Source: Polyangiaceae bacterium (GTDB lineage: Bacteria; Myxococcota_A; Polyangia; Polyangiales; Polyangiaceae). Taken from it: 64,000 bases of DNA. A program made the translations under genes and the position numbers. Below, in pieces: positions 1 through 8,290 of the stretch. The stretch lies in the NCBI GenBank assembly GCA_035063585.1, contig JAPSGB010000014.1, positions 35,533-99,532 of the forward strand. The letters are read 5' to 3'. Every line of letters begins with the position of its first letter. Position 1 is the first letter of the stretch. Below the pieces are notes generated by a model. That model had not been told where the DNA came from. It did no database searches and was given only the letters and a program-made list of their open reading frames with translations.

Positions 1-138
1 GTTGAGGCCGCGCGCCTTCATCAGATCGGCGAGCGAGCTCGCGCCGGCCATCGACGACTCCTGCTTGCAGGCACCGAGCCCTGGAATCAGCAGCGTGAGC
101 CCGAGTAGCGCTGCGAGGGGGTAGGACTTGAACTTCAT
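1..138 (-). CDS. 5' end of a lipoprotein running off the window; possibly Sec-dependent (clade II) nitrous-oxide reductase
   Basis: Hand translation MKFKSYPLAALLGLTLLIPGLGACKQESSMAGASSLADLMKARGLN; GGAGA RBS upstream; lipobox LGAC; SLADLMKARGL recalls the N-terminus of clade II NosZ. Only 46 codons visible. Confidence 0.55.
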   Translation of the reverse strand, partial: MKFKSYPLAALLGLTLLIPGLGACKQESSMAGASSLADLMKARGLN

Positions 139-220
139 GTTGGTCTCCTGAGCCTCATCGCCTGGCGGTGATTGCAAGGCGGACGCGCGCGTTTCGTAGG
201 CCTTCCCGATGATGATGCAC

Positions 221-235
221 ATGATTGACGTCAAT
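221..235. promoter_or_regulatory. CRP/FNR-like box with a perfect 12-bp palindrome
   Basis: ATGAT-tgac-GTCAA (221-234) matches TTGAT-N4-ATCAA at 8/10; ATTGACGTCAAT (224-235) is a perfect palindrome in an AT-richer divergent intergenic region. Confidence 0.45.
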
Positions 236-583
236 ATCGCGACGCGATTCGATCGCGCGTACTCCCGACCTCGAGAGCAGGAACGATTCGCGCAAACCTT
301 GCGAGCGTGAGGCGCGTATTCAGGCCGATGACGCAAGCTTCGCGGACCTCGCGCGCTTCCGTCTCTCATCGTGCTCGCGCCGGGGTAGCGCTCGTCCGGG
401 CGGGGCGACCCGCGTCTCGCGACCGCGCGCCACGGGGGCGAGCGCGTCCGCGACTCGGAGAGGGGGTGTCGGGTCGGCGCGAGGCCCCCGCGGCGCGCCC
501 GCGAGGCGCGCCGATGAGCTGAAATTTCCAGCGCCCGCACGCGCGGGTTCCGCGCGCGCAGGCGACGCGCTAGCGTCGAGCGT

Positions 584-1039
584 GTGAGTCAGCCTGCCGC
601 CGAACCGGAGCCCGAGCACACACTCTTCGAGGGACGCCCCGCGGTGGTGGCGGGGCTCGGCGCGCTGGTCCTCTCGGTGGTCACGCTGGGCATCGCGCTG
701 CTGGTCTTCTGGCTCAAGAGCCGCGGCAAGCACTACAAGCTCACCTCGCAGAGGGTGGTCGTGGAGCGCGGCATCTTGTCCAAAGAGATGGAGCAGATCG
801 ACATCTACCGGATCACCGACTATCGCGTGGAGCGCCCGCTGTCGCAGCGCCTGATGGGCACCGGCAACCTCGTCCTCGAGGCGATCGACTCGACGACCCC
901 GACCCTGCGCCTCGACGGTCTCAAGACCGATGTCGTGGCCCTCTACGAGAGGCTCCGCGTCGCCGTGGAGGAAGCCAAGGTGCGGCGCGGCGTGCGCGTG
1001 GTCGACTACGGCGAGCCCGGCATGCCCATCGTGAGCTAG
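584..1039 (+). CDS. bacterial PH-domain (bPH_2-like) membrane protein
   Basis: One hydrophobic segment, then YKLTSQRVVVERGILS...I..YRVERPL.QRLMGTGNL, typical of bPH_2 proteins. Confidence 0.8.
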   Translation: MSQPAAEPEPEHTLFEGRPAVVAGLGALVLSVVTLGIALLVFWLKSRGKHYKLTSQRVVVERGILSKEMEQIDIYRITDYRVERPLSQRLMGTGNLVLEAIDSTTPTLRLDGLKTDVVALYERLRVAVEEAKVRRGVRVVDYGEPGMPIVS

Positions 1040-1044
1040 CCGGC

Positions 1045-1995
1045 ATGCGCGTCGGCGGCGTCTTCATCGAGCACCCGATCTTGCAGGCCGGCATGGCTGG
1101 CGGGCTGTCGGGCGCCCGGCTCGCGGCGGCGGTGTCGTCCGCTGGTGGCCTGGGTACGGTGGGGATGCTCGGCGCCGAGCCGCTCGAGCGGGAGCTCTCG
1201 GCCGCGAAGGCGCGCACGGAGCGGCCCGTCGCGGTGAACCTCCTCCTCCCGTTTCTCCGGCGAGCCCATCTCCGCGCCGCGCGCGTCGCCGACATCATCG
1301 TGACCTTCTGGGGGCCGCCGCGCCGGCTCGGCCCGCAACCTTGGTTCCATCAGGCGGGCTCGGTCGCCGAGGCGCGCGCGGCGCTCGACGCCGGCGCGGA
1401 CGCGGTGATCCTGCAAGGCAGCGAGGCCGGTGGCCACGTGCGCGGCGAGCGCTCGGCGCTCGAGCTCCTCGCGGCCGCGCGGCGAGCGCTTCCCGGGGGA
1501 GCGCGGCTCATCGTGGCGGGCGGTGTCGCGGGCGCGGATGACGTCCGTCGTGCGCTCGACGGCGGAGCCGACGCGGTGTCGCTCGGGACGCGCTTCCTCT
1601 TGAGCGAGGAGAGTGGCGCGCACCCGCTCTACAAGGCGCGTGTGCTCGCGAGTGAGCGCACGCTGGTGACCACGCTGTTCGGCATGGGCTGGCCGGCCCC
1701 GCATCGCGTGGTGCCGAATCTGGCGACCTCCCGCTTCCACCCGCCTCCGCGCTGGCTCGGCGCGGTGCATCGCGCGTCGGCGGCGCTCGCGCGACTCGTG
1801 CCGCTCGACGCGGCGGGCGCTGCCGCGCGCTGGCACTCCGCCGAGCGTCCGCTCTACTCGCCGAGCGCGCCGCTCGTGGGCGACCCGGATGCGTTGATAG
1901 ACGCTGCGCCCCTCTACGCTGGCGAGAGCGCGCGCCGGATCGACGCGGTGCTCCCGGCCGCCGAGCTCGTGCGCGAGCTCCTGCGCGGGCGCTGA
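1045..1995 (+). CDS. nitronate monooxygenase family flavin oxidoreductase
   Basis: PILQAGMAGG, AVSSAGGLG, QGSEAGGH, AGGV, GTRFL.S.ES and YAGES motifs. Confidence 0.85.
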   Translation: MRVGGVFIEHPILQAGMAGGLSGARLAAAVSSAGGLGTVGMLGAEPLERELSAAKARTERPVAVNLLLPFLRRAHLRAARVADIIVTFWGPPRRLGPQPWFHQAGSVAEARAALDAGADAVILQGSEAGGHVRGERSALELLAAARRALPGGARLIVAGGVAGADDVRRALDGGADAVSLGTRFLLSEESGAHPLYKARVLASERTLVTTLFGMGWPAPHRVVPNLATSRFHPPPRWLGAVHRASAALARLVPLDAAGAAARWHSAERPLYSPSAPLVGDPDALIDAAPLYAGESARRIDAVLPAAELVRELLRGR

Positions 1996-2091
1996 GCCAG
2001 AGCCCGCGGAGCTCGCGCGCGAGCGCTCGGAGCCGCGCCATGGTCGTGCGAGACCATCGCGGGCCGCGCGACCGGCTCCGCTGGCCTCGGC

Positions 2092-2898
2092 TCAGGCCGG
2101 ACGCGGCGCGAGCCCGAGCAGGCTCGCGAGGCGATCGGGCCGGTCCGTCATGAGCCCATCGACTCCGAGCTCGATGAGGCGGCGCATCTCGCTAGGATGG
2201 TCGATCGTCCATACGTGGACGTGCAGCCCCTGGGCGTGCGCGGCCTCGATGAAGCGCCGATCGACCACGGTGAGCCCGAGGTGTCGCGCGGGCACCTGGA
2301 GGACGTCATACGAGATCGGGAGATGACGGGTGAGCCCCGCTCGCGCGGCGGCCCAGAAGCGGAGCACGCCGCGCACGCCCGGCGAGCGCGCGACCCGCCC
2401 GCACGAGAGCGCGTCGAACTCGCGCCCGAGCGCGTCGTCTCCAGCCGCGACCAGGATGCGGTCGTGGAGCCGGTGGCGCTCGATGAGCGCCCACAGCGCG
2501 CGGGCCATGCTCGGCGAGCCTTGCTTGATTTCGACGTTGAAGTTCACGTTCGGGAACCGCTCGATGACCTCCTCGAAGGAGGGGATGCGGAGCCCTTGGT
2601 TTCGATATGGAAAGGTGCGCCCGTCGGGTGTGAAGCGGTACCCGGCGTCGGCGCGCGACAGCTCGCCGAACGTGAGCTCGTCGACGCTCCCGGTCGAGTC
2701 CGTCGTTCGATCGATGCGCGCGTCGTGGTGGAGGACCACCACCCCGTCGCAGGTGAGGTGCGCGTCCGTCTCGAGGTAGTCGAAGCCGAGGCCGACCGCG
2801 CCCTCGAAGGCCTCGAGGGTGTTCTCGGGCCAGAGCTTGGAGCCGCCTCGGTGCGCGAAGGCGAGGGGACGCGCACCCCGGAGGAACGGTCGCTGCAT
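2092..2898 (-). CDS. glycerophosphodiester phosphodiesterase
   Basis: FAHRGG, PENTLEAF, ETDAHLT.DG, HD, NVEIK, VHVWTID, GVDGLMTDRP; ATG overlaps the upstream stop codon. Confidence 0.92.
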   Translation of the reverse strand: MQRPFLRGARPLAFAHRGGSKLWPENTLEAFEGAVGLGFDYLETDAHLTCDGVVVLHHDARIDRTTDSTGSVDELTFGELSRADAGYRFTPDGRTFPYRNQGLRIPSFEEVIERFPNVNFNVEIKQGSPSMARALWALIERHRLHDRILVAAGDDALGREFDALSCGRVARSPGVRGVLRFWAAARAGLTRHLPISYDVLQVPARHLGLTVVDRRFIEAAHAQGLHVHVWTIDHPSEMRRLIELGVDGLMTDRPDRLASLLGLAPRPA

Positions 2899-4523
2899 CA
2901 CGACCTCGCGCGGCGCCCGCGCTCGTGTCGTCGTAGGAGCGCGAGCCCGAGCCCGGCGAGCGCGAGCGGCGCGAGCGGCGCGCGCTCGCGGCTCCGCGGT
3001 ACCGCGCACGAGCAGCCGCCGTCGTCGCCGCTCGAGCCCTTCGCAGGAAGCGCGCCGGCATCGGCGCCGCCGACGCCGCTCGCGCCGCTCGCGCCGCCGC
3101 TCGCGCCACCGTCATCGCTGATCCAGCCACCCCCGGCCGCGCCACCGCTCGCGGTCGAGCCCGCGACGCCGGCCGCGCCGCCCAGGCCAGTGGCTCCCGC
3201 GGAGCCGCCGGTGCCGGCCGCCACATGGCACACGTCATCGGTCCCGATCGGCATCGACTCGCAGCCCGCGGTGCACTCGCCCTTCTCGAGGGTGCCCGCG
3301 TTGCAGCGCCACGCTTGCGTCTTGTCGGTGGTGCAGTTCCAGAGGGGCCAGGCGTCGTTGCATTTGCAGCTCGAGCCGAGGCGCTCCATGTATTGACACC
3401 ATTGCCAATGATACCCGGGGTCGGTGTGGTTGCCGGAGCCGCCGTAGTCCGCGCTCGACTCGCAGGCGTCGAGGCCGAGGCCGCACGGCGGGGAGCACTC
3501 CGCGATGCGATCGCCGTTCGGCATCTGGTAGTGCCCGACCACGTGGTCGCGATCGAGCGGGATCGCCCAGCGCGTAGCGATGCTCTTCACCATCTCGACG
3601 CTCTTCGCGTAGAGCGCGTCCGAGTACCCGGCGGGATCCGACGCGACGCCGACGTGCTCGATGCCGATGCTGTGCTTGTTGTAGCAGTAGTTGCCCGCGT
3701 GCCACGCGGTGTACGTCTCCGGGACGAACTGGCCCCAGCGCGAGCCGTCGGCGTCGATGATGTAGTGCACGCTCTTGCCGCTGTCGTACTGCAAGGTGGC
3801 CACCGACGCGTTCCAGCCGCCCTCGGTGTCGTGGATGACCACGGTGTCCACCGCGGCGTTGCCGTCGGGCCGGTTGGTGTTGCACTTGTTCGTGCAGCTC
3901 GTGTCGAACCACTCCGAGCCCGGGAAATCCGGCGTGGCGAGCGGCGCCGCTCGCGGCGGGGCGATGGTGAGCCCGAGCGGGATCTCCGGGTGCGCGGCGA
4001 TGACGACCGCCTCGCCGTCGCGCGCCGGAAAGCTGCCGCCGTACCGCAAGAGGGAATATACCCGCGCCACGTACTCACCGGGATCGGCGAGCCCCGACAG
4101 CTTCGCGATGGCGTCTCGCCAGCTCGCGAGCTGGTCGTCTCCAGTGGGGCCGAGCGTCGCGAGCACTCGCACCCCGGCCTCGGTGCCGAGCTCGGTGTCG
4201 GCCGAGAGCGCGGCCTCGGTCATGCCCATCAGCGAGGCGCCGAGCGCGAGGGTATCGAGCTTGCCGTGCCGGAGCTCGAGGATGCCGGCGATCGGGACCA
4301 GATCCGCCGGTGAGACGACGCGGTACTTCGGCAGCGTGAGCCCCGTCTCCTCGACCGCGATCGCCAGCACCAGATCCCGTGGGACGCCGTGACGCCGGGC
4401 GAGCGCGTCCACCCGTCTTCCGACTGGGCCGGTGCTCTCCGGCGGAGCCGCCGGCCCCGAGCAAGCGCTCGCCCCGAGCGTCACCGCGACCACCGCCAGC
4501 CATGGGAGCCGTACCCGAGCCAT
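2898..4523 (-). CDS. exported N-acetylmuramoyl-L-alanine amidase (Amidase_2) with MYXO-CTERM tail
   Basis: Signal ending ASAC; VVIHDTEG, SVHYII, AWHAGN, SIGIEH, GH, DPG; Cys-rich region, Gly linker, GGCSC-hydrophobic-Arg tail. Start trimmed from the ORF track. Confidence 0.85.
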   Translation of the reverse strand: MARVRLPWLAVVAVTLGASACSGPAAPPESTGPVGRRVDALARRHGVPRDLVLAIAVEETGLTLPKYRVVSPADLVPIAGILELRHGKLDTLALGASLMGMTEAALSADTELGTEAGVRVLATLGPTGDDQLASWRDAIAKLSGLADPGEYVARVYSLLRYGGSFPARDGEAVVIAAHPEIPLGLTIAPPRAAPLATPDFPGSEWFDTSCTNKCNTNRPDGNAAVDTVVIHDTEGGWNASVATLQYDSGKSVHYIIDADGSRWGQFVPETYTAWHAGNYCYNKHSIGIEHVGVASDPAGYSDALYAKSVEMVKSIATRWAIPLDRDHVVGHYQMPNGDRIAECSPPCGLGLDACESSADYGGSGNHTDPGYHWQWCQYMERLGSSCKCNDAWPLWNCTTDKTQAWRCNAGTLEKGECTAGCESMPIGTDDVCHVAAGTGGSAGATGLGGAAGVAGSTASGGAAGGGWISDDGGASGGASGASGVGGADAGALPAKGSSGDDGGCSCAVPRSRERAPLAPLALAGLGLALLRRHERGRRARS

Positions 4524-4623
4524 GGCGAATGGTACCCCTACTCGGCGCGCGCGTGAAATGGTCGCGACGGCGTGGCGAGCCGAGGCGTGGACGCAGAGTG
4601 AACGTCGGGGCAAGCTCACGCGC

Positions 4624-5496
4624 ATGAGAAGGCGGCTCGCGCACGCGTTCGCGCTGCTCGGAGGCGTGGCGCTCGCCGTGGCGTGCGGCTCGACTGATGA
4701 GGCTCCTGATGGTGCCGGCGCGGCCGGCGGCGCGGCTGGCCAGGGCGGAGCTCCGGGCGGCGCGGCCGGGCTCGCGGGCGCGTCGGATGCCGGGGACGCG
4801 AGCGAGGCGGGCGCCGCGGGCGACGATGGCGCCGCGGACGCGCCGTCCGCCGATGCCTCTCCGTGCCCGGCGGACATGGCCGAGGTCGACACGTTCTGCA
4901 TCGACCGCTACGAGGCGCCCAACGTCGCGGGTGAGCTGCCGCTCGTCATGCTCTCCTTCGACGAGGCGGCCGCGTGGTGCGCCGCGCGCGAGAGACGCCT
5001 CTGCTTCGACGATGAATGGACGACGACCTGCGAGGGCCCGAAAGAGACCGCATATCCCTACGGCGACACGCGCGTGCCGGGTCGCTGCAGGGACGACGCG
5101 ACCTGGCTCGCCTACGACCAGGAGCGGTTGAATGGCTGGCCGTGGTCCCTGCAGACCGCCGCCATCGAGCGACTGCCGGAGCTCTTCGCCGCAGCGCGCG
5201 CGGTGAGCGCCGCGGGAGCGACCGCGGTCTCCGAGGTCGAGCGGCTCTATCAGGCGAGCCCGTCGGGCGCGAAGGCCGGCTGCGTGGGCGATGACCAGGT
5301 GTTCGACCTGACCGGCAACGTAGAGGAGTGGACGCGGCGCCGCGACGGCGGCGAGCCGAGCTTCCATGGGAGCTTGAAGGGCCGGTACTGGGCAGAGGCG
5401 CGCACCTGCCAGAGCTCGGTCAAGGTGCACGGGGACGCCTTCCGGTTCTACGAGATTGGGTTCCGCTGCTGCGCGGACGCGCTCCGGGGCGACTGA
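4624..5496 (+). CDS. SUMF1/FGE-sulfatase domain lipoprotein
   Basis: Lipobox AVAC; CPADM, FCIDRYE, RLC..EW..C.GP, YPYG, VFDLTGNVEEW, GFRCC. Confidence 0.85.
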   Translation: MRRRLAHAFALLGGVALAVACGSTDEAPDGAGAAGGAAGQGGAPGGAAGLAGASDAGDASEAGAAGDDGAADAPSADASPCPADMAEVDTFCIDRYEAPNVAGELPLVMLSFDEAAAWCAARERRLCFDDEWTTTCEGPKETAYPYGDTRVPGRCRDDATWLAYDQERLNGWPWSLQTAAIERLPELFAAARAVSAAGATAVSEVERLYQASPSGAKAGCVGDDQVFDLTGNVEEWTRRRDGGEPSFHGSLKGRYWAEARTCQSSVKVHGDAFRFYEIGFRCCADALRGD

Positions 5497-5515
5497 GCGA
5501 GGCGGCGCGCGCGGC

Positions 5516-7000
5516 TCAGCCCGCGTAGACTTCGTCTTGCTCGATGCGCGAGAGCACCCAGTCGAAGTCCCCGCTCGTGATCTTGGCCTGGCAGTAGCCG
5601 CAGTGGCCGGCCATGCTCACGGCGAGGGGCGCGCCGCAGTTTGGGCAGACCAGATCGCTTCGAGGCGGCCCCTTGCGGTTGGTGCCGCGGATGAGCGTCC
5701 AGTATTCGGTGTAGGCGCGCTCCTTGGTGCGGCTCCCCGAGACGACGCGGCCGTCATCGTCGACGGTGTAGTCGAGCCCGGTCGCGAAGAGGCGGAAGGT
5801 GATGGCGTCGAAGTAAGGATCCGAGCTCACCTTCACGAGCTCGAGGCGCATGATGCGCGCCCGCTCGGTGAGGTTGCGGAGGTGCTGCGCGAGGTACGCC
5901 GAGACCCAGTAGGCCTGGGTCGCGAACAGCGGATCGCTCATGAACGGCCGCATCGGCGCGAGCTCGCGCGCCGTCCACGCGCGCTGGAACTGCTCGAAGA
6001 TGACCCCGACGCGCGTCTGCGCGGCCCCGACGTCGAAGGACGGATCCTTCGCCTGGAGCGCCTGCAAGGCTTCCCGGAGTCCGGGATCGTAGATGGTCGG
6101 GGCATCATTGCCTCGCTCGGCCACGTTCGTCGTCAGCATGGGGCCGCGGTTCTCGCGCGAGAGCACCTGGATGTGCTGTACGAGCCAGTCGAACGCGCCG
6201 CTATTGACCTGCTGGCGGCAATAGCTGCACTGCCCGCCGAAGAGCGCCTCGACCGGCGCGCCGCAGCTCGGACAGCCGAGCATCCCGACCCGGTCGGGTG
6301 TGCGCGAGCGCGCGCCCGGGCCGCGCGCGAGCGTCCACCGCTCGACCGCGTAGACCCCCTTGCCGGCCTCGGTGTAGTTCGCCTCGACGTTGAGCGTCAC
6401 GCGGCTCCCGCTCGGCCCGACCTCCACCGCGACCGGCGTCATCGCGCCGATGATCACCGACTCGACCGGACCGGCGGGCAGCGCGCGGAGCGTGGTCATC
6501 GCCTCCGCGGACAGATAGGCCGACATGCGGTCGAGCGGCGCGCCGGGCAGCCCGCGCGTGCGCGCCACCTCGGCGTAGAGCCCGTACACGAAGTCCTCGA
6601 ACACGACCCGAGAGAAGCCGGGGTCGGCGGTGCGGAGCGTGTCGAACGATGGCGCTCGCGTCGGAGGCGCCGCGACGCCGGGATCCCCGCCCGAGCTCCA
6701 GTCCTTCTGCCTCCGCTCCTTGAGCTTCTGGAAGATGAGGATGCCGCCTACGATGAAGAGGAGCGGCACGCCGATCGTCGGGTGCTCGAAGGCGAGCACC
6801 ACGAGCGCGATGACGAGGTCGGCGCCACCGTCACCGCCGCCCGACGAGCTGCTCCCACCTCCCGAGAACGACTGCCCACCTCCCGGCCGCGCGAGCGCGG
6901 TAGCCGCGAGGGAGAGGACGAGGAGCGTGCTCGCGAGGAGCAGCGCCCTGCGGACCAAGCGTGCAGCGCGGTCGCCTCGGAGTGTTCGCCGCGCGCTCAC
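5516..7000 (-). CDS. membrane protein with tandem Tim44-like domains and two zinc ribbons
   Basis: Signal, Gly/Ser stretch, TM segments; DPGFS..ERWTLAR then CPSCGAP..CSYC; DPSFD..EYWTLIR then CPNCGAP..CGYC. Confidence 0.75.
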   Translation of the reverse strand: MSARRTLRGDRAARLVRRALLLASTLLVLSLAATALARPGGGQSFSGGGSSSSGGGDGGADLVIALVVLAFEHPTIGVPLLFIVGGILIFQKLKERRQKDWSSGGDPGVAAPPTRAPSFDTLRTADPGFSRVVFEDFVYGLYAEVARTRGLPGAPLDRMSAYLSAEAMTTLRALPAGPVESVIIGAMTPVAVEVGPSGSRVTLNVEANYTEAGKGVYAVERWTLARGPGARSRTPDRVGMLGCPSCGAPVEALFGGQCSYCRQQVNSGAFDWLVQHIQVLSRENRGPMLTTNVAERGNDAPTIYDPGLREALQALQAKDPSFDVGAAQTRVGVIFEQFQRAWTARELAPMRPFMSDPLFATQAYWVSAYLAQHLRNLTERARIMRLELVKVSSDPYFDAITFRLFATGLDYTVDDDGRVVSGSRTKERAYTEYWTLIRGTNRKGPPRSDLVCPNCGAPLAVSMAGHCGYCQAKITSGDFDWVLSRIEQDEVYAG

Positions 7001-7629
7001 GCGACCTCCGCGTCGTCGGGGAGCTCATTGATGTCGTCTTCCTGCCGCGGGAGCGCGGGGGCGAGCGCCGGGCCGAGCGCCTCGAGCGCGGCCGCGAACT
7101 GGTCGAGCTTCGGCGAGGCGCGCGAGATGGAGCGCTCGAGCGCCAGGACCGCCTGCTCGTAAGCCGCGCCGAGCGCCTTCCGGTCGACGCCGACATCTTC
7201 AATCACCGCGATCTCGCGCTCGTAGAGCGCGACCAGCACCAGGATCCCGGTGCGCCCGCTGGTCTTGCCGATCCCCATCTTGAAGAACGCCTCGCAACCG
7301 GCGGCGCGGGCGCTCGCCCGCCGCCGCGCCCGCGAGACGAGCGCGCGGCGGAGCCAGGGGATTTGTGACGAGAGGAGCGCGCCCACCCCGAAGGCGACCG
7401 CGACGTCGAGCGGGATGTACGGGGTCGAGAACTCGGTGTCGGCGAAGATGAGGACCAGCAGCGTGGCGAGCGCGACGACCGCCCCCGCCGCGAGATCCAC
7501 GTCCCGATACTGACCGGTCCGTCGCCGCACGGCGACTACTACCTCCGCCGAGGTCAGCGCCTCGACGTTTGCAACGCCGTGCTTGACGCGCGCGCGCGCC
7601 GCGTCGTCGAAGAACTCACGGACGGCCAT
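6997..7629 (-). CDS. TPM-domain membrane protein
   Basis: VEALTSAEVVV, two TMs, F..GI.KTSGRTGILVLV, D.G, LP....D.NELPD tail; overlaps the downstream gene by 4 nt. Confidence 0.8.
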   Translation of the reverse strand: MAVREFFDDAARARVKHGVANVEALTSAEVVVAVRRRTGQYRDVDLAAGAVVALATLLVLIFADTEFSTPYIPLDVAVAFGVGALLSSQIPWLRRALVSRARRRASARAAGCEAFFKMGIGKTSGRTGILVLVALYEREIAVIEDVGVDRKALGAAYEQAVLALERSISRASPKLDQFAAALEALGPALAPALPRQEDDINELPDDAEVA

Positions 7630-7689
7630 GATCGGCGCCGAGTCTACCCGAGCTTTCTTTGCTCCGGGGAGGAAAGCGCGCGCCGCCCG

Positions 7690-8060
7690 CCCGCGGCGGC
7701 GGGCGGTCACGGCGTCGTGCATCGCGGCCCACTTCTGGACGGCCTCGCGGCGGCGAAGTTGCGTGCCCTCGACGTTGCCCCCGCCGCGCTGCCACGCGCG
7801 ATGAAGCTCCTCGATGCGCCAGCGGCATCTGTACTCGAAGGCGACGTCGAGGACCCGCTCGAGCGCGTCGACAGGGGAGGTCGTCGGCAGCATCCATCGC
7901 AGCGAGCCGGTCTTGGGATCGTGCATTTTCGTCGCGAGCACGGCGTCGAGCGGGTCCGTCTCGCGGCGCTTCGCCCCTACCTCCAGGATGACCGCGACTG
8001 GCCTCGCGCGCGCCCCCGCCTACCGGCCACGCGTGCGGGCAGCTCGAGTGAGTACGCTCC
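7690..8060 (-). pseudogene. decayed IS4-family (IS50/Tn5-like) transposase fragment
   Basis: LRWMLPTT.PV...YRCRWRIEELHRAW..GG..VE..QLR resembles the IS4 Y-(2)-R-(3)-E-(6)-K region (K absent); an upstream piece YSLELPAR..R.R lies in another frame. Ends approximate; no terminal inverted repeats seen. Confidence 0.7.
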
Positions 8061-8290
8061 GCGCGCCGGGGATCGTTCGAGCTCGCCGGTGAAATACCGC
8101 TCTACGGAAGGCAACGCGCTCGCGAGCATCACCCTTGGCGCACAGACGCAGCCAGAGCGGCCGGTGGGCGCCTACCCCGAGCCGTCGAGCTGCCCCAAGG
8201 TGGAGTGAGTCGAAGCGCGGTAATCTCGCGGGGCTCGCGAGAGGGAAGGTGCGCCGCACCTCGAAACGTACATCGTGAGGGAGGCTCAGC

